64,000 nt of DNA. Source: Haliotis rufescens (lineage: Eukaryota). This document shows positions 1 through 12,207 of this stretch, in pieces; within the stretch, counting starts at the first letter, position 1; each line of letters opens with the position of its first letter. The stretch covers positions 2,170,001-2,234,000 of the forward strand of contig NW_025963890.1 of the NCBI RefSeq assembly GCF_023055435.1. The letters are read 5' to 3'. A program made the translations under genes and the position numbers. The notes beneath the pieces were generated by a model. The model made no database searches and was not told the origin of the DNA. It was given only the letters and a program-made list of their open reading frames with translations.

Positions 1-117
1 GCATGAAAACAACATTCTGGTATCCCACTGGTTTCAGTTGAATTTTTTCATGGCTGTTTCATTCAAATTATTGTGTAAAAGTATTGTTTCAAGTGTGACA
101 TTGACTAACCTTAATAT

Positions 118-378
118 TGTTGTTTGTTTGTTTAATGCTGTACTTAGCAATATTCCAGCTATATGACAGCATTCTTTAAATAACTAAGTCGAAGCAGACA
201 ATCCAGTGATTGACATCATGAGCATCGAGCTACTCAAATGGGATATGATGACATGCATCAACCAAGTCAGCGAGCTTGACCATTTGAACCCAATAGTTGG
301 CTCTTACGACAAGCATAGTAATCTTTTACTGAAAGCATGGCTTGCTGAAGACCTATTCTAACTGGGTCTTCACGGGTC
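118..378 (-). mobile_element. SINE family A copy (no tRNA head; tail ...GCTGGAATATTGCTRAGTRCRGCRTTAAACAAAC)
   Basis: Aligns by eye with ~10 other copies in the window. On the minus strand it starts GACCCGTGAAGA and ends in (AAAC)n. Confidence 0.85.
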
Positions 379-480
379 AAACCCTAATATTGTTGCACCT
401 GTCATGAGTAATAGACAATATTCCATGTGTCAAAGCCACACAACAGATGCACTGGCATACACTTGGAGGTGGTGGTAATC

Positions 481-633
481 GTGAGTGAGTGAGTGAGTGA
501 GTCCCTTCCTCCCTTTTAGCAATATCACTGCATGGGAACACAAGAAATGTGCAAAACCCATTGTATCTATGTGGGAATTCGAACCTGGGCTTTGAGACCA
601 CCAGCCAATATTTTAACAACATGGCCACTCCAC
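481..633 (-). mobile_element. Degenerate tRNA-derived SINE family B copy
   Basis: (GAGT)n tail, TTTTAGCAATAT and B-box remnant GGAATTCGAACC; homologous to 12039-12207. Confidence 0.75.
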
Positions 634-1340
634 CATGAAATTATTCAGTGGTAGACTCATTGGTATAGCAACTTCCTATTACCAGGTCTTCACCATTACC
701 TATCATTTCAATGTCCTTTACTATATTGATGAGTACGAGAAAACTTAATGAAGTCCTACTCCTTGTCTATAAATATTTGAGCAAGTACATGCAGAGATGA
801 AAGAGGAAATTGGAAGAGATTGATTGAAAATTGAGAGATGCATTACCCTGATCAGAAAGTAAATTGATGGCTTCATGTATAAAAGCTTTGATGCATTTGT
901 TAAAAAAATGTATCAATTTGTTCTCGTTAACTTTTAAGGATGATGCAAGTGTTAAACACTGTCTCCCAAATACACCAATCTTCACTAAATGTGTCTGTGT
1001 GTCATATTACTTCATTCTGTTTCACTAATCTTTCTTGTTCATAACACAGATTCAAAAATAGTTAAATCCACGTCCAATCAATTCTACAGCCTTGAAATGT
1101 GGATTCATCCAACTGAGCGCATTAGTATCTATCGAAGTGCTTGGTAGTTTTAACCGTTGTCCGTCAATGTCTGATTGAATGTAGCATGGTGTAAACCAAC
1201 CAAGGGACATGTGAGGTACAGCTGCCATAATGACTGTCTGACTGTTGTAGAACATTAACATTTCGAAACATGGACTTTAACAAAGGTCATCCAGGTGCCA
1301 ATTAGATTTCATAGGCTTCACCGATTTTATCAAAGGTTAA

Positions 1341-3120
1341 CCCTTTCGCCCCGACTGCCCGATTTATCGGGCAGGATAAACCGTGTCCCAGGACCCGGCT
1401 GCCCGAAAAATCGGGCAGCATAAGCCGAGGCCCAGAACCCGGCTGCCCGATAAATCGGGCGGCGCGAGCGTGTTTACAAAATCGCTCTTTCTACTTCCTT
1501 TCTCGTGTGTAATCTCGTTCTAAATATGGAAACGAGATCTACACGTATTGACACGTCATTCGATGGAATTTCCCCGTCTTTTTGGCGCGAAAATCGCGGG
1601 TATGTCACCTGTTTTCGCGACAGGTATTTTTCTCGCTTGAATCGTAAATCAAGCGTAATGGCAGCCAACTACGATTCGGATAGCGATCAGATGATTAACA
1701 ACGACTATATCGGGAATAATAATGTGTTTGAATTGAATAATTTACGCGAAGGGGAGAGGGAATTTCGCGAATATTTTCGTGAAGATTTTGACGGTTTCGA
1801 CGAGGTGTCCCCCCCCGCCAACTTTCGAGAATGGGAGTGGCAGAGGGACACACGACAGTGGAGACATGTGGGATTTTGAAGAGGCGACCGGATTCAAGAA
1901 TATATATTGACACGGTGAGTGAAGAGTCGTGCTATTGATTTTTTCCAACTGTTTTACAATGATTCTGTGTTTGAACAGATTATCAGTGCGACGAATGAGA
2001 ATGCAGCCTACACGTGAACGAGCGATCACAACAACAACAAAGGTGAGTGGCATGACGTATGTTTCTTTTTTTTTAAATTTATTTTTCTGATCGCAATCCG
2101 AATTGTAGTTTGCCGGTTTGTCGTATGTCCTTATATTTCGCTCAATTTGAATAAAATTTATTTCCATATTCATGTTTGTTTTCTTGTTTTTTACATCTTA
2201 ATTTAAATTTTAGTAACTGTAATGATTATTTATTTATTAATTGATTTAATAAAGTACTGATTTAATTTATTATGCAATTGTAAATAGCAGTGTATTGTAA
2301 ATATGTTATCACAACTTGTATATTTGCAGAACTTGAATTTACGATCTTTCCGTCCTTTTACAATGTTTCCCTCTTCAGATCAATCTGTGTTATCTTCCCT
2401 GTGATGTCATTCTTATAGTAGCTGTGGTTCAATGTTCAGATAATGTGATAAATAACTTTTTAAAAACTTAAATACTTAATTTTTGTTTCAAATCCTGAAA
2501 AAGAACAAAATAAATCAAATATTTGTGTTTTTACCTGTGTTAACGAGTTTACCTGCGTTAACAAGTTTACCTGTGTTAACGAGTTTACCTAAGAGGCTGT
2601 AAGTGTATCATAAGTAATATGTGACATCAGTATAGAAAACAAAGTCAGTACCAAGAGTTGTAAACTTGTTTATTTGTTTACAGATGTGCATGAAGAGAAT
2701 TTACCTGTAACACCTGGGATTACCTGTGCCGTCCAAGATGACAAGACCACTGTGTTATGTTTACCTTGTATCTGTGATTTATTTTTTGTGATTTGTAATA
2801 CAATTTGAGCCAAAATTCATTGTCTGTTTTCATTTTTTCAGTGTTTTCAAGTTTTATTTCACTTGTAAACACCTGTAATTAGAAAATAACAAAGGTTAGA
2901 GACAATAACAACAAAGAATATTAAAGTATACTTAATCCTCTTTACAATGGTATATGATAAATGTATATTAAAAGCAAGTTTCTGGTAGAAAAAGTGCATC
3001 AAAAATGATAGTGTGATTTTCCAATAATACTGCCAGGGAGGCCAGTGTACAGGCCTTGTCAGTGTCAGGGACTGCAGGGTCTCAAGGGACATAACTCTGG
3101 GGCAGCCAGTGATGAAAGAG
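1341..3120 (+). mobile_element. Internally deleted piggyBac-superfamily DNA transposon
   Basis: TTAA at 1337-1340 and 3121-3124. Imperfect TIRs CCCTTTCGCCCCGACTGCCC / CTCTTTCATCACTGGCTGCCC. Contains a PGBD-type N-terminal fragment. Confidence 0.85.
1658..2017 (+). pseudogene. piggyBac (PGBD4-like) transposase N-terminal fragment, disrupted
   Basis: Acidic start MAANYDSDSD, then W.W, then AIDFFQLFYNDSVFEQIISATNENA (from 1931), matching the piggyBac FxLFF..D....I...TN..A motif. In-frame stops at 1877 and 1916; no catalytic domain follows. Confidence 0.75.
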
Positions 3121-3242
3121 TTAAAGAAAAATTCGATTCAAGAGTTTTAGTAGGTTATATTAACACTAGGAGACTACAACTCTAGTCCTGCTTAATGGAT
3201 TTGTTGGAGATGGACACCCGATGTATGTCTCTTTCATTGCAT

Positions 3243-3356
3243 CTGGATTCGTTCCCCACATGGGTACAATGTGTGAAGTCAATTTCTGGTGTCCCCTGCC
3301 ATGATATCGCTGCAATATCGCTAAAAGAGGCATAAAACCATACCCACTCACTCATT
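3243..3356 (+). mobile_element. 5'-truncated SINE family B copy
   Basis: CACATGGGTACAATGTGTGAAG..TTTCTGGTGTCCCC..ATATCGCTAAAAG..ACTCACTCA matches 9380-9558. Confidence 0.8.
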
Positions 3357-3570
3357 CCTCCCCAAATGTAGGTCATTTGGTCATTTATCAATGCTAAACA
3401 CTTCTTCATGACAGCCACAATGAGGTTTTTACCTTTTAAATGAAACAAGTCCTTTGTTTTATTACATTTTTCGAATAATTGAACTGCAAAAAGCCTATTC
3501 CACCCACCAGCAGCTGAGGTTATTCTAACTGCAACCCCGTCTGTCTGGCAGACTTCTGATTACCTATTAT

Positions 3571-3830
3571 ACCCGCGAAAATCCAGGGTAGAATAGGTCT
3601 TCAGCAACCCATGGCCATGCTTGCCTTAAATGGCGATTATGCTTGTTGTAAGAGGCGACTAACGGGATTGGGTGGTCAGGCTCGCTGACTTGGTTGATGC
3701 ATGTCATTCAGACCAATGGCGTGGATCGATGCTCATGATATCAAACACTGGATTGTCTGGTCCAGACTCGATTATTTACAGACCGCCGTCATACAGCTGG
3801 AATATTGCTGAGTGTGGTGTTAAACAACAC
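3571..3830 (+). mobile_element. SINE family A copy (full length)
   Basis: ACCCGCGAAAATCCAGGGTAGAATAGGTCTTCAGCAACCC...GTAAGAGGCGACTAACGGGATTGGG...GCTGGAATATTGCTGAGTGTGGTGTTAAACAACA. Confidence 0.88.
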
Positions 3831-4261
3831 AGAATACCAAAATAGGGATACAAGCATTTGATTCTATGAACATGTTCTAACCCAGAATCCAACAGGGGGA
3901 CAAGCATGGGGTTCTGAGGACCTCTTTTAACAGTAACTCATACATTAATATTTGTCTGTGTGACATCAGCTGGAAAAATGCAAGTCAGACAATCAGACTT
4001 CTTGAAGGAGAGTTTTTCATGGCTTGAATGGCACAGATGACATAAATCTCTGTTGGATTACCCCATCACCACAATTTGCCCTCCACTGATAACTCCATCA
4101 GTTCCAGGCTGTAATCACCTGTTGCACATCAGTGGGGGAAGGGGTCAACACCCTATAAAGGAAGTCACAGGGGGAAGTGCTGCCATAAAAACTGTCTCAT
4201 GCAAATATCTTTTGGATCACTTGTTTCTGGAATAATGTGGAGAGGATGTGGAGCATCCTGT

Positions 4262-7200
4262 CTACAGTAGAATGTCTAGACTTCAGCATAACAGCTCGAC
4301 AGCTGGTCTACAGCATAACAGCTACAACAGCTGATCTACAGTACAACAGCTGGTCAACAGTACAACAGCTGGTCTACAGTACAACAGCTGGTCAACAGTA
4401 CAACAGCTGGTCTACAGCATAACAGCTACAACAGCTGGTCTACAGCATAACAGCTACAACAGCTGGTCTACAGTCCAATAGCTGGTATACAGAAGTCTCA
4501 GTACAATAGCTGGTCTACAGTACAACAGCTGGTCCACAGAAGTCTACAGTACAATAGCTGGTCCACAGAAGTCTACAGTACAATAGCTGGTCCACAGAAG
4601 TCTACAGTACAATAGCTGGTCTACAGTACAACAGCTGGTCTACAGTCCAATAGCTGGTCTACAGAAGTCTCAGTACAATAGCTGGTCTACAGTACAATAG
4701 CTGGTCCACAGAAGTCTACAGTACAATAGCTGGTCTACAGTACAATAGCTGGTCTACAGAAGTCTAAAGTACAATAGCTGGTCTACAGTACAACAGCTGG
4801 TCTACAGTACAATAGCTGGTCTACAGAAGTCTCAGTACAATAGTTGGTCTACAGTACAATACCTGGTCTACAGAAGTCTCAGTACAATAGCTGGTCTACA
4901 GAAGTCTACAGTACAATAGCTGGTCTACAGAAGTCTACAGTACAATAGTTGATCTACAGAAGTCTACAGTACAATAACTGGTCTACAGAAGTCTCAGTAC
5001 AATAACTGGTCCACAGAAGTCTACAGTACAATAGCTGGTCTACAGAAGTCTACAGTACAATAGCTGGTCTACAGAAGTCTCAGTACAATAACTGGTCCAC
5101 AGAAGTCTACAGTACAATAGCTGGTCTACAGAAGTCTCAGTACAATAGTTGATCTACAGTACAATAGCTGGTCTACAGTACAATAGCTGGTCTACAGAAG
5201 TCTCAGTACAATAGTTGATCTACAGTACAATAGCTGGTCTACAGTACAATAGCTGGTCTACAGTACAATAGCTGGTCTACAGTACAATAGCTGGTCTACA
5301 GAAGTCTCAGTACAATAGTTGGTCTACAGTACAATAGCTGGTCTATAGTACAATAGCTGGTCTACAGTACAATAGCTGGTCTACAGTACAATAGCTGGTC
5401 TACAGAAGTCTCAGTACAATAGTTGATCTACAGTACAATAGCTGGTCTACAGTACAATAGCTGGTCTACAGTACAATAACTGGTCTACAGAAGTCTCAGT
5501 ACAGTAGCTGGTCCACAGAAGTCTACAGTACAATAGCTGGTCTACAGAAGTCTCAGTACAATAGTTGATCTACAGTACAATAGCTGGTCTACAGTACAAT
5601 AGCTGGTCTACAGTACAATAGCTGGTCTACAGAAGTCTCAGTACAATAGTTGATCTACAGTACAATAGCTGGTCTACAGTACAATAGCTGGTCTACAGAA
5701 GTCTCAGTACAATAGTTGGTCTACAGTACAATAGCTGGTCTATAGTACAATAGCTGGTCTACAGTACAATAGCTGGTCTACAGAAGTCTCGGTACAATAG
5801 TTGATCTACAGTACAATAGCTGGTCTACAGTACAATAGCTGGTCTACAGTACAATAACTGGTCTACAGAAGTCTTAGTACAATAGCTGGTCCACAGAAGT
5901 CTACAGTACAATAGCTGGTCTACAGAAGTCTCAGTACAATAGTTGATCTACAGTACAATAGCTGGTCTACAGTACAATAGCTGGTCCACAGTACAATACC
6001 TGGTCTACAGAAGTCTCAGTACAATAGCTGGTCCACAGGAGTCTACAGTACAATAACTGGTCTACAGAAGTCTACAGTACAATAGCTGGTCCACAGAAGT
6101 CTCAGTACAATGGCTGGTCTACAGTACAATAGCTGGTCCACAGGAGTCTACAGTACAATAGCTGGTCTACAGTACAATAGCTGGTCCACAGAAGTCTCAG
6201 TACAATGGCTGGTCTACAGAAGTCTCAGTACAATGGCTGGTCTACAGTACAATAGCTCGTCTACAGAAGTCTCAATACAATGGCTGGTCTACAGTACAAC
6301 AGCTGGTCTACAGAAGTCTACAGTACAATGGCTGGTCTACAGTACAATAGCTGGTCCACAGAAGTCTACAGTACAATGGCTGGTCTACAGTACAACAGCT
6401 GGTCTACAGTACAATAGTCGGTCCACAGTACAAGTCTACAACAGAATAGCTGGTCCACAGAAGTCTACAGTACAATAACTGGTCTACAGTACAATAACTG
6501 GTCTACAGTACAATAACTGGTCTACAGTACAATAGCTGGTCTACAGTACAATAGCTGGTCTACAGAAGTCTCAGTACAATAGTTGATCTACAGTACAATA
6601 GCTGGTCTACAGTACAATAGCTGGTCTACAGTACAATAGCTGGTCTACAGAAGTCTCAGTACAATAGTTGGTCTACAGTACAATAGCTGGTCTATAGTAC
6701 AATAGCTGGTCTACAGTACAATAGCTGGTCTACAGTACAATAGTTGGTCTACAGTACAATAGCTGGTCTACAGTACAATAACTGGTCTACAGAAGTCTCA
6801 GTACAATAGCTGGTCCACAGAAGTCTACAGTACAATAGCTGGTCTACAGAAGTCTCAGTACAATAGTTGATCTACAGTACAACAGCTGGTCTACAGTACA
6901 ATAACTGGTCTACAGTACAATAACTGGTCTACAGTACAATAACTGGTCCACAGAAGTCTACAGTACAATAGCTTGTCTACAGTACAATAGCTGGTCCACA
7001 GAAGTCTCAGTACAATGGCTGGTCTACAGTACAATAGCTGGTCTAAAGAAGTCTCAGTACAATGGCTGGTCTACAGTACAATAGCTGGTCCACAGAAGTC
7101 TACAGTACAATGGCTGGTCTACAGTACAATAGCTGGTCCACAGAAGTCTCAGTACAATGGCTGGTCTACAGTACAATAGCTGGTCTAAAGAAGTCTCAGT

Positions 7201-8224
7201 ACAATGGCTGGTCTACAGTACAACAGCTGGTCTACAGAAGTCTACAGTACAATGGCTTGTCTACAGTACAATAGCTGGTCCACAGAAGTCTACAGTACAA
7301 TGGCTGGTCTACAGTACAACAGCTGGTCTACAGTACAATAGTCGGTCCACAGTACAAGTCTACAACAGAATAGCTGGTCCACAGAAGTCTACAGTACAAT
7401 AACTTGTCTACAGAAGTCTACAGTACAATAACTGGTCTACAGTACAACAGCTGGTCTACAGAATTCTACAGTACAATGGCTGGTCTACAGTACAATAGCT
7501 GGTCCACAGAAGTCTACAGTACAATGGCTGGTCTACAGTACAACAGCTGGTCTACAGAATTCTACAGTACAATGGCTGGTCTACAGAAGTCTACAGTACA
7601 ATAGCTGGTCTACAGAAGTCTACAGTACAATAACTGGTCTACAGAAGTCTACAGTGCAATGGCTGGTCTACAGTACAACAGCTGGTCTACAGAATTCTAC
7701 AGTACAATGGCTGGTCTACAGTACAATAGCTGGTCTACAGAAGTCTACAGTACAATAACTGGTCTACAGAAGTCTACAGTACAATAGCTGGTCTACAGTA
7801 CAACAGCTGGTCTACAGAATTCTACAGTACAATGGCTGGTCTACAGAAGTCTACAGTACAATAGCTGGTCTACAGAAGTCTACAGTGCAATGGCTGGTCT
7901 ACGGTACAACAGCTGGTCTACAGAATTCTACAGTACAATGGCTGGTCTACAGTACAATAGCTGGTCCACAGAAGTCTACAGTACAATGGCTGGTCTACAG
8001 TACAATGGCTGGTCTACAGTACAACAGCTGGTCTACAGTACAATGGCTGGTCTACAGTACAACAGCTGGTCTACAGTGCAACAGCTGGTCTACAGTACAA
8101 TGGCTGGTCTACAGTACAACAGCTGGTCTACAGTATAATGGCTGGTCTACAGTATAATGGCTGGTCTACAGTACAACAGCTGGTCTACAGTACAACAGCT
8201 GGTCTACAGTACAATGGCTGGTCT
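4262..8224. repeat. Minisatellite, 19-bp unit AGCTGGTCTACAGTACAAT with 27- and 29-bp variants (+GAAGTCTC / +GAAGTCTACA-type insert)
   Basis: Direct reading; ~4 kb array. Confidence 0.97.
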
Positions 8225-8753
8225 GGCGTACATAGCCACACTTTGAACTTGGCCACTTTCCTATTGGTATTCATTCCATATCTATCTGACACAGATAAGT
8301 GGTTCCTCCTTTGAGACTGTGCTATCAACAGATTCTATTTCTCTGAGTTTAAACGGTTCCATGGTTTGATGCCCCACTATTTAACGATAAAGATAGACAT
8401 TGAAGAGAGTGGTCCATATCTTCTTGTAATGCCGACACTCAAAATAAATAGCCTCTATTAAACAATCCATATATCACTTGGTAATAAGGCAGCTCTTATC
8501 TAAAACACAGAAACCCTTTGAGATTTGTGCTCTTGAGTGAGTGTGGTATATCACCACTTTGACTAGTATTTTAGTTGTATCACAGCTTGTCGGCCTGGTA
8601 CGAGAGTGAAGCCCAAAGTGATGCATAGCGATGATGTTTACCACTAAATGCTGAAATATCCCAAAATTAAATTACCAGTGTTAACCTCATCATGGTTACT
8701 ATATCCAGAATAATGGTCAAATGTATCCAACATATTCAGTGTACCACTAAAAT

Positions 8754-9258
8754 CAGAGCTCCAGATAAGCTGCGTATCTGCGTAAAATACGCATCAGAAA
8801 CGCAGAAATACACAGAAAAATAAAATCCAAGCGTATCAAATACGCAACGAACATTACAGATAAGCTACAAAAATAAAACTTGTGCGTATCATCAAAATAT
8901 TGTGAAGTAACCCTGCGTATTCGATTAGCAAATCAGCAACTTATTTTGAAATTATAAACGGCCATTCTGTCAACCTTGCCAAACTCCACGATGACAGTTA
9001 CATCATGATCATTTGCCATCACACTTTCTTGTGGAAGTATCGTGGTATTTTTTAGTCCTATAAAGCTCTCGAACCTACACGACACCAGTTTGCAGGGACT
9101 TGATGAATTGTGTTTTTAAATATTTAACTTAAATACCCACATGTGTAAAAACTAGTGGGTAACAGAAATTTGAATACACAGATAGAATTACTAATACCCA
9201 ATGATTTTAAAATGCATGGGCAAAATACCCACTACACCAAAAGCTTATCTGGAGCTCT
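8754..9258. mobile_element. MITE with 17-bp perfect TIR AGAGCTCCAGATAAGCT (possibly hAT-related)
   Basis: CAGAGCTCCAGATAAGCT at 8754 and AGCTTATCTGGAGCTCT ending 9258. TAAAAT flanks both sides (partial TSD). Confidence 0.8.
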
Positions 9259-9379
9259 TAAAATAGCCATTATAACCACAATATCACACCATGATAGCCA
9301 ATATATCACTCATATAACCAATATATCCAGTATATCACTCATATAGCCATTATATAACAGTATATCACTCATGCAGTCA

Positions 9380-9558
9380 GGGGCGGTCAGGTAGCCTAGT
9401 GGTTAAAGCGTTCGCTGGTCACGCCGAAGACCCGGGTTCGATTCCTGACATGGGTACAATGTGTGAAGCCCATTTCTGGTGTCCCCCGCCGTGATATTGC
9501 TGGAATATTGCTAAAAGCGGCGTAAAACCATAATACTCACTCACTCACTCACTCACTC
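9380..9558 (+). mobile_element. Young tRNA-derived SINE family B (resembles abalone SINEs)
   Basis: A box TAGCCTAGTGG, B box GGTTCGATTCC, tail GCTGGAATATTGCTAAAAGCGGCGTAAAACC+(ACTC)n; CpGs intact. Confidence 0.92.
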
Positions 9559-10079
9559 ATGCAGTCAGTATATCACTCATATAACCAATATATCCATTAT
9601 ATCACTCATATAACCAATATATCCAGTATATCACTCATGCAGTCGGTATATCACTCATATAACCAATATATCCAGTATATCACTCATGCAGTCAGTATAT
9701 CACTCATATAACCAATATATCCAGTATATCACTCATGCAGTCAGTATATCACTCATATAGACAATATATCCAGTATATCACTCATGCAGTCAGTATATCA
9801 CTCATATAACCAATGTATCAGAATATCACTCATATAGTCAATATCTCCAGGATAAACACTCATATTGCTAATATATCCAGTATATCAATGATATATTCAA
9901 CATATTCAGTACAACACTCATATAGCCAATTTATCCAGTTTCCCACTCAAATAGCAATTATATATACTATTTCACTCATGCAGTCAATATATCCAGTATA
10001 TCACCAATACAGTCCATATATCCAGCATATGACTGATACAGCCAATATATTCAGTATACAACTCATTTATCATACTTCC

Positions 10080-10567
10080 ATGTCAGAATGATGAGATCTG
10101 ATTGGTCCACGTGATCTTGATAAAATACTGTGTAACCTGCCTTGGAGGGGAATAAATTTCTCAGCAAGGAAATGAATCTCTTGTACCCCGCCATGAGCAA
10201 ATCTGGCTGCACGGGGATTTCTGAGAGACAGAATATGTCCTATATATCCTGATTCCAAGCAAAAAGCTGCATGTTTTTACTAAGTCAATGGAAGTGACAT
10301 AGCACAAGTTAACCTCAGCTCAATCGAACAGCTGTTTTCTATCAATTTTGAATTTGATTGAATTATTTTACAATGCCATATTAAAACATGTCGGTAAGAT
10401 AAATTTGTTGTAGCAGGATCACTCAGGGTACATGGGTTTTTTGTGCATCCTGCATTAGGTTTTGAACCACTTGCCTCCCGCTCGTGGTATAAAAACCTAA
10501 AGGAGAACACAAAAACCCCATGTACCTCGAGTGATCCTGCTACAACAAATTTATCTTACCGACACAA
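10080..10567. mobile_element. Non-autonomous element with long terminal hairpin (Crypton-like)
   Basis: ~55-bp inverted arms TGTCGGTAAGATAAATTTGTTGTAGCAGGATCACTC... spanning 10389-10564, with CTGATTGGTC at the other end. Superfamily is inferred. Confidence 0.6.
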
Positions 10568-11269
10568 TATTACATGTAGTTCTCGTGATCCTGCTACAAC
10601 TTATTTCAGCCCATATATCCAGTACATCACATATATAGCCAATATATCCAGTTTATTACTCATATAGCTAGTATATCTAGTATAAACACTTATATTGCCA
10701 ATATATCCAGCATAAACAATGACATAGCCAAAATATCCACACTATCACTCACATAACCAATATATCCAGTATAAACTAATATAGCTAATATATCCAGTAT
10801 ATCACCAATACAGTAAATATGTCCAGTATATCACTCATATAACCACTATAGCCAGTATATCACTCATCCAGACAATATTAGCCAATATTTCCAGCATATC
10901 ACACAAAGAGCCAACATACAGTGAAACCCTGCTAATCCAGAATCCGGAAACTATGCCCATCAATATTTATTCGAAACAAAATATATACTTTAAAAAATGC
11001 TTCATTTATCCCTAAAGTCCAATTTCAATACTAACAGTACAAAATACACACTACTGTGTCCCATATAACAGACAGCGACCGTGCTTGATGATGTTAGTTT
11101 AGCAATTCATGACCCAGCATCCAACATCAAAGGAATGAGTATCATGTGATCACAGTGTTAATTTAATCCTGTTATTACACAATCAGATTAGAGAAAGTGA
11201 TCATTGTATATCTGGACTGTAATCTGTTTTATTCAAAATGTCTTTGAATGTTGTTTACATTGACTTCGG

Positions 11270-11950
11270 CAAATCGCACAAACTCACTATTCTTTACAGC
11301 AACCACTTGCACAATCAGATTTCCACCATTGATGTCTTGAAAAAAATATTATTTGACAGAGAACAATAGATACATACATATTATATGTGCCATACTTTGA
11401 CTCGCTAAAAGTCATATTTGTTGTCATTTGACTATTTGATGCAAACATAATGAAATAGAAAAAATGAGGGGTCAAATCCTCAATGGTGACTCAGGTCAAA
11501 CCATTCCACACATAAAACATATCTGACAATAGCAATCAACTGTACCAAAGTGTTACACTTATGGTTATTATTATCTAAAATGTATATAGTAAAAGCTCAA
11601 CTAAAATAACACTACAGTATATTGGAATATGTTATTCTCTATATTATAATACTTTCAGATACAATTTCTTCCAATCATTGCATCAAAATCTTGAGAAGTT
11701 TCATTATCGGTATTTTTGCACGGATTCACTGGTATATTGGGAGAAAATGTGTGAACAGCTGATTGCTATTTTAGGCTTAGTTCAAAGAAATGTGCATGTT
11801 ATTCTTAACCCCTGCATATAAAACAATATGCCTAGCATAACAGGAAACACAATTTAATGGTAAATCATTATGTCTAGTGATGTTTAATTGTTAATCTGCA
11901 CATTTATATAAACCAAGTTTGTTGTCACATGTTTATTTTTTGACTGCTCA
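11270..11950. mobile_element. Dispersed non-autonomous DNA element family (copy 1 of 3)
   Basis: Shares ACTCACTATT..TTTACAGCAAC..GATACATA..TGCCATACTTTGACTCG.TAAAAGTCATATTTGT with 39160-39905 and the 40.2-40.9 kb copy. Confidence 0.7.
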
Positions 11951-12038
11951 TAATACTCAGTTATTTTACCTCAGTAGAATTTGGTTAAGTGAGGTAACTC
12001 TGGACAGTTGACAAAGGAGTCAGCTACCGGTATCTGGA

Positions 12039-12207
12039 GTGAGTGAGTGAGTGAGTATGGTTTTACGCCGCTTTTAGCAATATTCCAGCAATATCACGGC
12101 GGGGGACACCAGAAATGGGCTTCACACAATGTACCATGTCGGGAATCGAACCCGGGTCTTCGGCGTGACGAGCGAACGCTTTAACCACTAGGCTACCCGA
12201 CCGCCCC
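12039..12207 (-). mobile_element. Young SINE family B copy with 7-bp TSD ATCTGGA
   Basis: Near-identical reverse complement of 9380-9558. ATCTGGA at 12032-12038 and 12208-12214. Confidence 0.95.

Noticed and set aside
9380-9455. Functional tRNA gene
   Set aside because: A/B boxes are present, but the sequence continues into a SINE body and tail, is multi-copy, and one copy has a TSD.
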